Shown here: positions 17,405-25,679 of the stretch, piece after piece
Position numbering within the stretch: the stretch's first letter is position 1
Layout: each line of letters begins with the position of its first letter
Source: an uncultured Clostridia bacterium
Lineage (GTDB): Bacteria; Bacillota; Clostridia; UBA1381
Length of the DNA: 36,163 nt
Assembly: GCA_944391255.1 (NCBI GenBank)
Contig: CALXSW010000205.1
Span: 1-36,163 of the forward strand
Direction of reading: 5' to 3'
The notes under the pieces: generated by a model
Database searches by the model: none
What the model saw: only the letters and a program-made list of their open reading frames with translations
What the model was told of the DNA's origin: nothing
Translations under genes and position numbers: made by a program

Positions 17405-18102
17405 AGGCTATATTTAAGCGTGAGCTTCGCTCATATTTTTCCTCTATGCTCGGTTACATATTCCTTACTATGTTTCTCGCGCTTACGGGGATATTATTCT
17501 GGTTAAATAATATAAGCTTTGGCGTGGCATCTGTAAAGAATTTCTTTAGTCTGTTAACGTCATGGGCTGTGTTCGTGCTGCCAATGCTTACGATGCGGCT
17601 TTTTGCCGAGGACAGAAAGCTCAAAACAGATCAGCTGCTTATAACGGCACCGGTGTCTGTGCGGTCAATAGTCCTCGGAAAGTTTTTTGCCGCCGGAACG
17701 ATGGTAATAGGCGCTTTGGCTGTGACTTTTATCTATGTTATTGTGATCGCGTTTTACGGAGATGTGAACTGGGCTGAAACGATAAGCTGCTATATAGGGT
17801 TTGCGCTTCTGTGCGGAGTGGTGCTTTCGATAGGCTCTTTTATGTCGGCGCTTACAGAATCACAGATAGTTGCGGCTATATCAACATATGCGATATTGAT
17901 ATTCACTGTATTTTTAGGAAATATTGCGGCTGCGTTTAACGGCGTTATACAGAGTGTTCTCTTGTGGCTTTCACCTGTTGACAGGTATCTTGATTTTGCG
18001 ATGGGGATACTTGATCCATCGGCGCTGGTGTATTATATAAGCCTTACGCTTCTCTTTTTGTTTTTCACTGTTAATGTGATAGAGCGCAGAAGGTTCAGCT
18101 GA
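17401..18102 (+). CDS. ABC-2 type permease (GldF/NosY-like)
   Basis: 233 aa with about 6 hydrophobic helices. Its start overlaps the ATPase stop (ATGA). Confidence 0.8.
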   Translation: MKAIFKRELRSYFSSMLGYIFLTMFLALTGILFWLNNISFGVASVKNFFSLLTSWAVFVLPMLTMRLFAEDRKLKTDQLLITAPVSVRSIVLGKFFAAGTMVIGALAVTFIYVIVIAFYGDVNWAETISCYIGFALLCGVVLSIGSFMSALTESQIVAAISTYAILIFTVFLGNIAAAFNGVIQSVLLWLSPVDRYLDFAMGILDPSALVYYISLTLLFLFFTVNVIERRRFS

Positions 18103-18116
18103 GGAGGGGCGTGAAT

Positions 18117-19499
18117 ATGAATAAGAAATATAAAACCATATCATGGATATCTGTAGCGGCTGCCATTGTGATATTTATTCTTGTAAACGTATTTATGAGT
18201 GTGTTCACATCAAAGGTGCCGATAAAGGTAGATCTGACAACTAACAAGAGATATGAGCTTACAGATGTTACATATGATTATCTTAAATCATATACGGCGG
18301 ACACAACGATATATATAGTAGCGTCCGAGAGCCGTCAGGACACGACATCAAGAGCGATACTTGACAGATATGAGGCTGCAAATTCGCATATCAAGATAGT
18401 TAATATAGACACGGCAGTAAATCCGTCATTCGGAATGGAGTATGTTTCGCAGGGTGAAACAATAAGTGAAAATTCTGTGGTGGTCGTGTCTGGCGACAAA
18501 TCGAAAATAATATCAAACTCTGACTTTTACGCGTCATCGGAAGATGGGAGCATAGCAGGGCTGAATGTTGAGCAGGAAATAACAACGGCGCTGAAATACG
18601 TTTCATCTGAAGAGGAAACATATATATATTTTACAGCCGGTCATGGCGAGGCTGATTTTAAAGGCGCAAAAGAGTCGCTTGAAAATGAGAGCTATAAGAC
18701 AGCCGACATTTCGCTTATGACTCAGGATATACCTGAGGAAGCTGATATGCTTATTATCGCAAGACCTACGAGCGATTTTTCAACTGCGGAGATAGCAAAG
18801 CTCGATACATATCTGCGTGCCGGTGGAAATGTTCAGGTGTATTTTAACGGAAGCGTTACTGGCTTGCAGAATCTTTACGCGTATATAGCATCTGCCGGAA
18901 TACAGGTCAATGATGATGTGATAGTGGAATCAGCTACACATGCTGTTAATATATCATCATCAGCCGCTATATATATAGCTGATTATGTTGAAAATGATGT
19001 GTCGGAAAGCTTTATAGATGAAAAGCGCGTAGCGGGATATATACCTTACGCTAAGTCGCTTTCTAAGGTGAATACCTCGGGAGCGTATAGTGTGTCTGAA
19101 TATCTTGCAAGCTCTTCAAGCTCATATACTTCAGCTGAATTTTCAAATCCTGTTATCGATACAGCCATAAACAAAGGCTCATCAAGCATAGCTTTGATGT
19201 CTGAAAACGCGGAAACAGGCGGACAGCTTTTTGTCAGCGGTTCTATACTGCTTATGACAGATGATGTCACAACGATAAATAATTTTGGATATGTAAATGC
19301 AGAGTATTTCACTATACTTACAAACAGTATGCTTGAAAGGGAAGAGAGCTTTGTTATCCCTGTAAAAGAGCTGGGAGCGGCTAAGCTGACAATGAATACT
19401 ATCGTAAAATATACGCTGTTCATTGTGTTTGTATGTATAATACCGATACTGCTTCTTGCTGCGGGAATTGCGGTATTTTTCAGAAGGAGAAATATGTGA
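18117..19499 (+). CDS. GldG-like ABC-transport auxiliary protein (N- and C-terminal TM anchors, large extracytoplasmic domain)
   Basis: About 460 aa with a TM segment at each end (SWISVAAAIVIFILVNVF and FIVFVCIIPILLLAAGIAVFF). It sits after the GldA/F-like genes. ATG 18117 follows GAGGAGGGG. Confidence 0.7.
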   Translation: MNKKYKTISWISVAAAIVIFILVNVFMSVFTSKVPIKVDLTTNKRYELTDVTYDYLKSYTADTTIYIVASESRQDTTSRAILDRYEAANSHIKIVNIDTAVNPSFGMEYVSQGETISENSVVVVSGDKSKIISNSDFYASSEDGSIAGLNVEQEITTALKYVSSEEETYIYFTAGHGEADFKGAKESLENESYKTADISLMTQDIPEEADMLIIARPTSDFSTAEIAKLDTYLRAGGNVQVYFNGSVTGLQNLYAYIASAGIQVNDDVIVESATHAVNISSSAAIYIADYVENDVSESFIDEKRVAGYIPYAKSLSKVNTSGAYSVSEYLASSSSSYTSAEFSNPVIDTAINKGSSSIALMSENAETGGQLFVSGSILLMTDDVTTINNFGYVNAEYFTILTNSMLEREESFVIPVKELGAAKLTMNTIVKYTLFIVFVCIIPILLLAAGIAVFFRRRNM

Positions 19500-20791
19500 T
19501 GAAAAAGCATTTAAAGAGTTTATTTATATGTCTTGGCGTGATCGTGATACTGGCTGCGGGGATCTTGTTTATGATGAATTATGATCCTGATAAGCCGGCA
19601 GAGCCGGAGCCGAATGATGATAATATACAGACTGTATATTCTAATGAGGACGCCGATAAGATAGTGATAAAGTCGTCTGATGACACGCTGACGCTTGAAA
19701 AGAATGGCGATACGTGGAATGTAGACGGCATAAATAGCGATGATATAGACACAATGCAGCTCGATGTGCTTGTGTCAGACGCTCTCAAATACGAAACAAG
19801 CACCGTTGTGACTGACACGGAAAGCGCTGATTACGGATTTGAAACTCCATCGCTCGTTATAGAGATAACATCTGACGGCAGCACCGACACGGTGACCGTA
19901 GGAAATAAAAGCGCTGTTGAAAACTCGTATTTTGCCACTGTGAACGGGATCGTTTTTACAATGCATGAAACGCAGTATAGAAATCTTGTAACGGGACGTG
20001 ATGATCTCACGAGCTTCAGAAGATTGGAGATAATGCCTGATGACATATCAGAAATAGTTATAGAGCGGCAAGATGAGAAGATACGTCTGTATATACCAAA
20101 AATCGAGAGAATGGAAGGCACGGTATGGCATATGTCGGAACCGTATGACGTAATGGCGAGTGATGATTTTATAGATTCATCAATACTTGAACAGATAGGC
20201 TCGATCTCGCTTTACGACATTGCCGACGACTTCGGAACAGAGCGTGCAAAACTCAAGGTAACAGAGGGTGATACGGTATATGAGTTCAGAATAAGCGAAC
20301 CGGTTGACGGAAGGGTAAATGTTGAATTTAACGGCAAGGTATATGATGAGCCGGCGTCGTTGTTCGAATTTATAGACGCGCCTATATACAGCTATATGAG
20401 CAAGCTTGTATCATATCAGCATATACTTGATATAGACGAGGTAAAGCTTGAATATGACGGCATTACGCATACTATAAGGCGTACAGACTCTGAGGGTAAC
20501 AGCTTTGAGGCTGACGGAGCGGAGGCTGACACCGATCTTACAAAAAAGATATATCAGGCTATAATCGGTATGATCGCTACCTCTATGTATAACGGAGAGG
20601 AACAGGGTGAAACTCTTATGAAGATAACGTATTCAGGCTCTGTAAACGAAGTTATAGAATTCAAAGCGATAAATGAATACAGCGCGGCAGTGATCAAAAA
20701 CGGCATATCGCTGTTCACTGTGGGTATAGCGGATATAGATCATATAAAAAATTCAGTAAATGAATATTTTGAAATAATAAATGAGGAGTAA
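19499..20791 (+). CDS. DUF4340-like membrane-anchored protein
   Basis: ATG 19499 overlaps the upstream stop (TGATG) and follows AGAAGGAGA. N-terminal TM segment MKKHLKSLFICLGVIVILAAGILF. The ORF-track start at 19433 lies inside the previous gene. Confidence 0.7.
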   Translation: MKKHLKSLFICLGVIVILAAGILFMMNYDPDKPAEPEPNDDNIQTVYSNEDADKIVIKSSDDTLTLEKNGDTWNVDGINSDDIDTMQLDVLVSDALKYETSTVVTDTESADYGFETPSLVIEITSDGSTDTVTVGNKSAVENSYFATVNGIVFTMHETQYRNLVTGRDDLTSFRRLEIMPDDISEIVIERQDEKIRLYIPKIERMEGTVWHMSEPYDVMASDDFIDSSILEQIGSISLYDIADDFGTERAKLKVTEGDTVYEFRISEPVDGRVNVEFNGKVYDEPASLFEFIDAPIYSYMSKLVSYQHILDIDEVKLEYDGITHTIRRTDSEGNSFEADGAEADTDLTKKIYQAIIGMIATSMYNGEEQGETLMKITYSGSVNEVIEFKAINEYSAAVIKNGISLFTVGIADIDHIKNSVNEYFEIINEE

Positions 20792-20797
20792 AGAAAA

Positions 20798-21598
20798 ATG
20801 ATTGATAAGACAACAGAGATAACTACGAGCAAGCTTTGGGAAAAAATGCCGTATTCAATGGGGAATGATGATTTTGTTCCTACTATAAGCGCATACAGAG
20901 CAGATTCTAAGGGCGCGGTAATAGTATTCCCGGGAGGCGGATACGTGATGAAAGCTGAGCATGAGGGAGCTGTCATAGGCGAGTGGTTCCAGAAGAATGG
21001 AATAACAGCGTTTGTGGTTGATTACAGAGTCGCGCCGTACAAGCACCCGGCTGAGATATCAGACGCGATGAGAGCTATAAAGTTTGTAAGATTTTATGCT
21101 GAAAAATACGGCATAGACCGTGACAAGATAGCTGTTATGGGATTTAGTGCCGGAGCGCATCTTGCGGGTTCACTGTCTGTTCATTACGACAAGGAAATGT
21201 ATGATGAAACGGACAGAATAGACCGCGAGAACTGCCGCCCGAGCGCGTCTATACTCTGCTATCCTGTAATTGATATGGGCGCTCACCGCCACGATGGTTC
21301 AAGACAGAATCTTCTTGGAGAGCTGCCAAAGCAGAGCATGACAGATTTTATGTCACTGTACAAGCATGTTAACGAGAACACACCTGAGGCGTTTATATGG
21401 CACACCTCTACAGATCAGGCTGTGCCTGTGATGAATTCGCTTTTATATGCACAGGCGCTGAGCGCTCAAAATATAGCGTACGAGATGCATATTTATCCGA
21501 TGGGCCATCATGGACTTGGGCTTGCTCCGGAATGTCCGTATGTGGCAAAATGGGCAGATAATCTTCTCGACTGGCTCAAAAATAAGGGTTGGAAATAA
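20798..21598 (+). CDS. alpha/beta hydrolase (acetyl-esterase/lipase-like)
   Basis: 266 aa with VFPGGGY oxyanion region, GFSAGAH nucleophile elbow (GxSxG), and a C-terminal HHG. RBS GAGGAG. Confidence 0.85.
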   Translation: MIDKTTEITTSKLWEKMPYSMGNDDFVPTISAYRADSKGAVIVFPGGGYVMKAEHEGAVIGEWFQKNGITAFVVDYRVAPYKHPAEISDAMRAIKFVRFYAEKYGIDRDKIAVMGFSAGAHLAGSLSVHYDKEMYDETDRIDRENCRPSASILCYPVIDMGAHRHDGSRQNLLGELPKQSMTDFMSLYKHVNENTPEAFIWHTSTDQAVPVMNSLLYAQALSAQNIAYEMHIYPMGHHGLGLAPECPYVAKWADNLLDWLKNKGWK

Positions 21599-21611
21599 AA
21601 AATATAAACAT

Positions 21612-21733
21612 GCAAAAAGGCACATTCGTCTTGCACCGAATGTGCCTTATGTTTTACCGTGTCATTCTCCGCCCCGTAACAAACGGAAGAACAACATTTT
21701 TATGGCAAAAACATACGCATATAAATATCCGTA
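21612..21733 (-). ncRNA. candidate small RNA of about 120 nt (promoter-to-terminator unit with no ORF)
   Basis: It lies downstream of the minus-strand promoter at 21740-21768. It ends at hairpin GGCACAUUCG/CGAAUGUGCC followed by U5 on the minus strand. Internal hairpin UUCU(U)CCG/CGGAGAA. Only 6-10 codon ORFs are present and none has an RBS. Ends are estimates. Confidence 0.4.
21617..21655. terminator. bidirectional terminator, serving the esterase gene on plus and the sRNA candidate on minus
   Basis: AAGGCACATTCG (21617-21628) pairs perfectly with CGAATGTGCCTT (21637-21648). T-rich tracts follow on both strands, and the run is cleaner on minus. Confidence 0.8.
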
Positions 21734-21739
21734 TAACTC

Positions 21740-21768
21740 ATTATACAATATTTTGACTCATTTTGCAA
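21740..21768 (-). promoter_or_regulatory. orphan sigmaA-type promoter pointing at the bidirectional terminator
   Basis: Minus strand: TTGCAA (21768-21763), 17-nt spacer, TATAAT (21745-21740). Confidence 0.5.
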
Positions 21769-21778
21769 GTGTTTTGAC

Positions 21779-21808
21779 AAAAAAAGAACAGAGTCAAAGA
21801 CTCTGCTC
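21779..21808 (-). terminator. rho-independent terminator of tal/fsa
   Basis: Minus strand: GAGCAGAGUC-uuu-GACUCUGUUC (one mismatch) followed by U7. It starts 20 nt after the stop codon. Confidence 0.8.
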
Positions 21809-21828
21809 GTATTTTTATGTTTGATTTA

Positions 21829-22476
21829 TCAGTTCTTTGGAACTGTTTCCCAGTCCTTAAGGAATCTTTCGATACCTGAATCTGTGAGCGGATGATGGAG
21901 CATCTGCTCAAGAACCTTATATGGAACAGTGGCAATATGTGAACCTGCCATAGCTGCATGGGTAACATGGATCGGATGTCTTGTTGATGCGGCGATTATC
22001 TCTGTATCTATGCCGTGAGCATCAAAGATAGTAACGATCTCTTCAATAAGGTTCATGCCGTCCATACCGATATCGTCAAGTCTGCCGAGGAATGGGCTTA
22101 CATATGTAGCGCCTGCTCTTGCTGCAAGCAAAGCCTGTGCTGATGAGAAAATAAGAGTAACATTTGTCTTTATGCCCATTTCTGTGAGCTTCTTGCAGGC
22201 CTTAAGACCTTCTGCGCACATTGGGATCTTTATAACAATGTTAGGATGGATCTTTGAAAGCGGAATAGCCTGTTCAACCATTGTAGGCGCGTCCATTGCT
22301 GTTACTTCGGCGCTTATAGGTCCGTCAACTATTTCTGTGATCTCCTTTACCACTTCTTCAAAAACTCTGCCTTCCTTAGCTATGAGCGACGGGTTTGTTG
22401 TAACACCGCAGATGATGCCCATATCGTTGGCTTTTCTTATCTCGTCAACATTGGCTGTGTCGATAAATAATTTCAT
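21829..22476 (-). CDS. tal: transaldolase / fructose-6-phosphate aldolase (short, subfamily 3B type)
   Basis: 215 aa: [31 protein letters not shown], with the Schiff-base Lys context VIKIPM. ATG 22476 follows AAGGAGGA. The ORF-track start at 22497 is over-extended. Confidence 0.93.
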   Translation of the reverse strand: MKLFIDTANVDEIRKANDMGIICGVTTNPSLIAKEGRVFEEVVKEITEIVDGPISAEVTAMDAPTMVEQAIPLSKIHPNIVIKIPMCAEGLKACKKLTEMGIKTNVTLIFSSAQALLAARAGATYVSPFLGRLDDIGMDGMNLIEEIVTIFDAHGIDTEIIAASTRHPIHVTHAAMAGSHIATVPYKVLEQMLHHPLTDSGIERFLKDWETVPKN

Positions 22477-22511
22477 TGGATTGTCCTCCTTATACAATAA
22501 TTACTAATTTA

Positions 22512-22540
22512 ATTATATATTTTTCAAACAGAAAAGTCAA
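22512..22540 (-). promoter_or_regulatory. sigmaA-type promoter for tal
   Basis: Minus strand: TTGACT (22540-22535), 17-nt spacer, TATAAT (22517-22512). Confidence 0.55.
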
Positions 22541-22548
22541 TACCTCTA

Positions 22549-22577
22549 TTGATTTATTTTGCAAATTGTTGTATAAT
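22549..22577 (+). promoter_or_regulatory. possible promoter for the TSCPD gene leader
   Basis: TTGATT (22549-22554), 17-nt spacer, TATAAT (22572-22577). Confidence 0.45.
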
Positions 22578-22612
22578 ACATATAAAGATTGTAAATTTCA
22601 TAGAAAAACCAT

Positions 22613-22663
22613 CGGACAAATATTATGGTAATATTTGACCGTGCATTTATTTTTAACTTTTTT
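22613..22663 (+). terminator. orphan terminator-like hairpin in the 5' region of the TSCPD gene
   Basis: CGGACAAATATTA (22613-22625) pairs with TAATATTTGACCG (22629-22641) in 12 of 13 positions with a 3-nt loop. The T-rich tract tgcaTTTaTTTTTaacTTTTTT follows. Confidence 0.45.
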
Positions 22664-22707
22664 GTCTGTTAAAAATAAAAAGAAAATCATTACAGGAGGA
22701 TATACGA

Positions 22708-22959
22708 ATGAAATTTTCATATAAACCGCAGGGCGTATGCTCTGCGCAGATGAATTTTGAGATAGAGGACGGCGTTCTCAAGGATATCGAGATAATAAGG
22801 GGCTGCTCGGGCAACACGCAGGGAATATCATCGTTATGCAAGGGCATGAAGGTGAATGATATAATAGACAGACTTGAGGGCATAGACTGCAACGGACGCG
22901 GAACATCATGTCCGGATCAGCTCGCAAAGGCGCTCAAGGCAGCACTTGAACAGATGTAA
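22708..22959 (+). CDS. stand-alone TSCPD-domain protein (TIGR03905-like), function unknown
   Basis: 83 aa with GCSGN and RGTSCPDQ motifs and five Cys. RBS AGGAGGA. Confidence 0.85.
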   Translation: MKFSYKPQGVCSAQMNFEIEDGVLKDIEIIRGCSGNTQGISSLCKGMKVNDIIDRLEGIDCNGRGTSCPDQLAKALKAALEQM

Positions 22960-22983
22960 AGTAATAACCGTCTCACTTTCCGC

Positions 22984-23007
22984 ATATACATATACAAATA
23001 TGTATAT
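22984..23007. repeat. perfect 10-bp inverted repeat just upstream of the GerMN gene RBS (possible operator)
   Basis: ATATACATAT (22984-22993), acaa, ATATGTATAT (22998-23007). The RBS GGAGGA starts at 23009. Confidence 0.6.
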
Positions 23008-23021
23008 AGGAGGAATACAAT

Positions 23022-23516
23022 GTGAGGCGGCTTGTTTTTCTTTTGATACTTGCGGCAGGCGCGGCTATGTTTTCAATATCATGCGCGAGACAGAAGGGTG
23101 TTCCAAAGAGCGGAGCGAGGCTCTATTATGTTGACGCGAATATAAATATGCTTCTTCCGTTTGAGGAGGATGTAATAGACGCGTCAAAGGAATACCGCGC
23201 CAAGGCGGTGCTGGACATGCTGATCGAAGGACATGATAACAATGATAAGATACGCAGGCTTATACCGCGAGAAAAAGGATGTATTACATGCAGTGTGAAC
23301 GACACTACGGCGTATGTGGATATTGATTCTAAAATACGCGAAAGTATGCCGGACAGCCGTGACATGGAGAGGCTGTTCATATATCAGATAGTTGACACGC
23401 TGACATCGATAAAAGGAATAAACTATGTGCGTTTTACCGTGGACGGGGAAGTACATAAGGATTTTATGGGATATTATGATATGCGTGAAACGTATTCATA
23501 CTCATATCCCGAATGA
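23022..23516 (+). CDS. GerMN-domain protein, probable lipoprotein
   Basis: GTG start 7 nt after GGAGGA. N-terminal MRRLVFLLILAAGAAMFSIS|C. The GerMN-like C-terminal part includes INYVRFTVDGE. Confidence 0.75.
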   Translation: MRRLVFLLILAAGAAMFSISCARQKGVPKSGARLYYVDANINMLLPFEEDVIDASKEYRAKAVLDMLIEGHDNNDKIRRLIPREKGCITCSVNDTTAYVDIDSKIRESMPDSRDMERLFIYQIVDTLTSIKGINYVRFTVDGEVHKDFMGYYDMRETYSYSYPE

Positions 23517-23550
23517 TTTTGAAGTCAGATATATTAAAGGCGGATATATT

Positions 23551-24327
23551 ATGGAAAAATTACTTGAGATAATAAAAGAAACAAGGAACATTGCGCTTAA
23601 CAGGGCTGACGCGGGGAATATAAAGGTGAAAGGTCCGGCGGATTTTGTAACTATGACTGATATGGGAATACAGGAATTTTTAAAACCGCGTCTTGCCTGG
23701 CTGTATCCTGATATACAGTTTATGAGCGAGGAGAAGGATAATTCAGAGATCGATATGAGCGGCAAGGTGTGGATACTTGATCCTATTGACGGAACAACAA
23801 ATCTGATACATGATTACAGGATGAGCGCCGTGTCATTGGGACTGGCGCAGGGCGGAGATGTTGTCCTCGGTATTGTGTACAACCCATTTACCGATGAGAT
23901 GTTTTATGCTGAAAAAGGGTGCGGCGCGTATTTGAACGGCAGACGGATCCATGTTTCGGAAGCAGAATGCCTTGGTGATTCGCTTATAAGCGTAGGCACA
24001 TCGCCGTATCATAAGGAGCTGGCTGATGATAATTTTGAGCTTATAAAACGCTTTTTCAAAGCGAGCGAGGATATACGCCGCTGCGGCAGCGCGGCGCTTG
24101 ATCTGTGCTATGCGGCGTGCGGCAGGATAGACGGATATTTTGAAATGAATCTTAAGCCATGGGATTATGCCGCCGGAACAGCGATCCTGCGCGAGGCCGG
24201 AGGAAAGGTAACATGCCCTGACGGAACCGCGCCGGTTTTTTCGTGTCCGTCAGATATCGTGGCGTCAAACGGTATGATACACGGCGATATGCTTGATTTA
24301 ATAAATAAAACCTTGACATTAAAGTAA
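23551..24327 (+). CDS. inositol monophosphatase family protein (SuhB-like)
   Basis: Motifs WILDPIDGTTN and WDYAAG. ATG 23551 follows AAAGGCGGA. The ORF-track start at 23425 overlaps the previous gene. Confidence 0.9.
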   Translation: MEKLLEIIKETRNIALNRADAGNIKVKGPADFVTMTDMGIQEFLKPRLAWLYPDIQFMSEEKDNSEIDMSGKVWILDPIDGTTNLIHDYRMSAVSLGLAQGGDVVLGIVYNPFTDEMFYAEKGCGAYLNGRRIHVSEAECLGDSLISVGTSPYHKELADDNFELIKRFFKASEDIRRCGSAALDLCYAACGRIDGYFEMNLKPWDYAAGTAILREAGGKVTCPDGTAPVFSCPSDIVASNGMIHGDMLDLINKTLTLK

Positions 24328-24341
24328 AAGCGTGATAGAAT
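24313..24341 (+). promoter_or_regulatory. sigmaA-type promoter for tyrS
   Basis: TTGACA (24313-24318), 17-nt spacer, TGaTAGAAT (extended -10, 24336-24341). The leader to the ATG is only about 35 nt. Confidence 0.6.
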
Positions 24342-24380
24342 AGTAGCGATTTGAAACTTATTGCAGGAGGAAAAGGATAC

Positions 24381-25601
24381 ATGTCGGAAAATGTATTTGA
24401 CGTACTTAAGGAACGCGGTCTGATAGCTCAGACAACGCATGAGGAAGAAATAAGAGAATTGCTCGGTAAGGAGAAAGTCACTTTTTATATAGGCTTTGAC
24501 CCTACAGCTGATTCGCTGCATGTAGGTCATTTTTTGCAGATGGTAGTTATGAGACATATGCAGATGCATGGTCACAGACCGATCGCGCTCGTTGGCGGCG
24601 GAACAGGTCATATAGGTGATCCGTCAGGCAGAACAGATATGCGTCAGATGATGACTACAGAGGTTATAAACCATAACTGCGAGTGCTTTAAAAAACAGCT
24701 TTCATCAGTTGTGGATTTCTCAGACGGCAAGGCGCTTATGGTAAATAACGCAGATTGGCTTTTGAAACTGAATTATGTTGATTTTATAAGAGATATAGGC
24801 TCATGCTTCTCTGTAAATAAGATGCTGACAGCTGAATGCTTCAAGCAAAGACTTGAAAAGGGCCTCTCATTCCTTGAATTTAACTATATGCTTATGCAGT
24901 CATACGATTTTCTTATGCTTAACCGTATGTACGATTGTAAGATAGAGCTTGGCGGTGACGACCAGTGGAGCAATATACTCGGAGGCCTTGAGCTTTGCCG
25001 CAAGAAGGACGGCAAGCAGGTATACGGTATGACGTTCACGCTTCTTACAAACAGTGAGGGAAAAAAGATGGGTAAGACTCAGTCGGGCGCTGTATGGCTT
25101 GATCCGGCAAAGACATCACCGTATGACTTCTATCAGTACTGGGTGAATGTTCAGGACGCTGACGTTATAAAGTGTCTGAAGCTTCTCACATTCGTGCCGA
25201 TGGATGAAATAAGAGAAATGGAAAAGTGGGAAGGCGCAGAGCTTAACAAGGCGAAGCGTATTCTTGCGTATGAGGTAACAAAGCTCGTTCATGGAGAGGA
25301 AGAGGCTGAAAAGGCAAAGGCTACTGCGGAAGCTGTATTTGCCGGAAGCGGTGTTTCGGAGAATATGCCTACAACTGTGATAAGCGATGTGGTAGGTATG
25401 GGTGTTCTCGATATGCTTGTAAAGACAGGCCTGTTCAAATCGAAGGGCGAGGCGAGAAGAACTGTTCAGCAGAACGGATTGTCTATAAATGATTCAAAAT
25501 ATACCGATATTAACGGAACTGTAACGGCTGACATGCTCACAGAAAACGGAATAGTTATAAAGAAGGGTAAGAAGGTATACCATAGAGTCGTAACAGAATA
25601 A
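24381..25601 (+). CDS. tyrS: tyrosine--tRNA ligase
   Basis: HIGH-type motif SLHVGH, KMSKS-type motif KKMGKT, and a C-terminal S4-like domain. ATG 24381 follows AGGAGGA. Confidence 0.96.
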   Translation: MSENVFDVLKERGLIAQTTHEEEIRELLGKEKVTFYIGFDPTADSLHVGHFLQMVVMRHMQMHGHRPIALVGGGTGHIGDPSGRTDMRQMMTTEVINHNCECFKKQLSSVVDFSDGKALMVNNADWLLKLNYVDFIRDIGSCFSVNKMLTAECFKQRLEKGLSFLEFNYMLMQSYDFLMLNRMYDCKIELGGDDQWSNILGGLELCRKKDGKQVYGMTFTLLTNSEGKKMGKTQSGAVWLDPAKTSPYDFYQYWVNVQDADVIKCLKLLTFVPMDEIREMEKWEGAELNKAKRILAYEVTKLVHGEEEAEKAKATAEAVFAGSGVSENMPTTVISDVVGMGVLDMLVKTGLFKSKGEARRTVQQNGLSINDSKYTDINGTVTADMLTENGIVIKKGKKVYHRVVTE

Positions 25602-25617
25602 TTGGATTTATATGATC

Positions 25618-25663
25618 GGGGCTGCGGAAAACTCGTTGAGTTTTGCGTCAGCCTCGTTTTTTT
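25618..25663 (+). terminator. rho-independent terminator after tyrS
   Basis: GGGGCTGCG...CGTCAGCCTC encloses AAAACTC-gtt-GAGTTTT and is followed by T7. Confidence 0.8.
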
Positions 25664-25679
25664 GAAAGGGAAAGAAAAG

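Noticed and set aside
19433-19498. N-terminal extensions of ORF-track models (19433, 23425, 24351, 25602, 26392, 22497, 13498, 14760, 18111, 5486)
   Set aside because: The extensions overlap upstream genes or terminators, or use GTG/TTG with no RBS. Each has an internal ATG with a good Shine-Dalgarno site and a family-typical N-terminus.
21510-21824. 104-aa plus-strand ORF spanning the esterase 3' end and the whole intergenic region
   Set aside because: It overlaps a real gene in another frame and reads through two terminator hairpins. It has no RBS and a low-complexity basic composition.
22584-22641. A-rich tail CAUAGAAAAACCAUCGG reminiscent of a preQ1-I aptamer
   Set aside because: There is no GC-containing P1 stem or conserved loop nucleotides, and the downstream gene has no link to queuosine. 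The resemblance is only an A-run.
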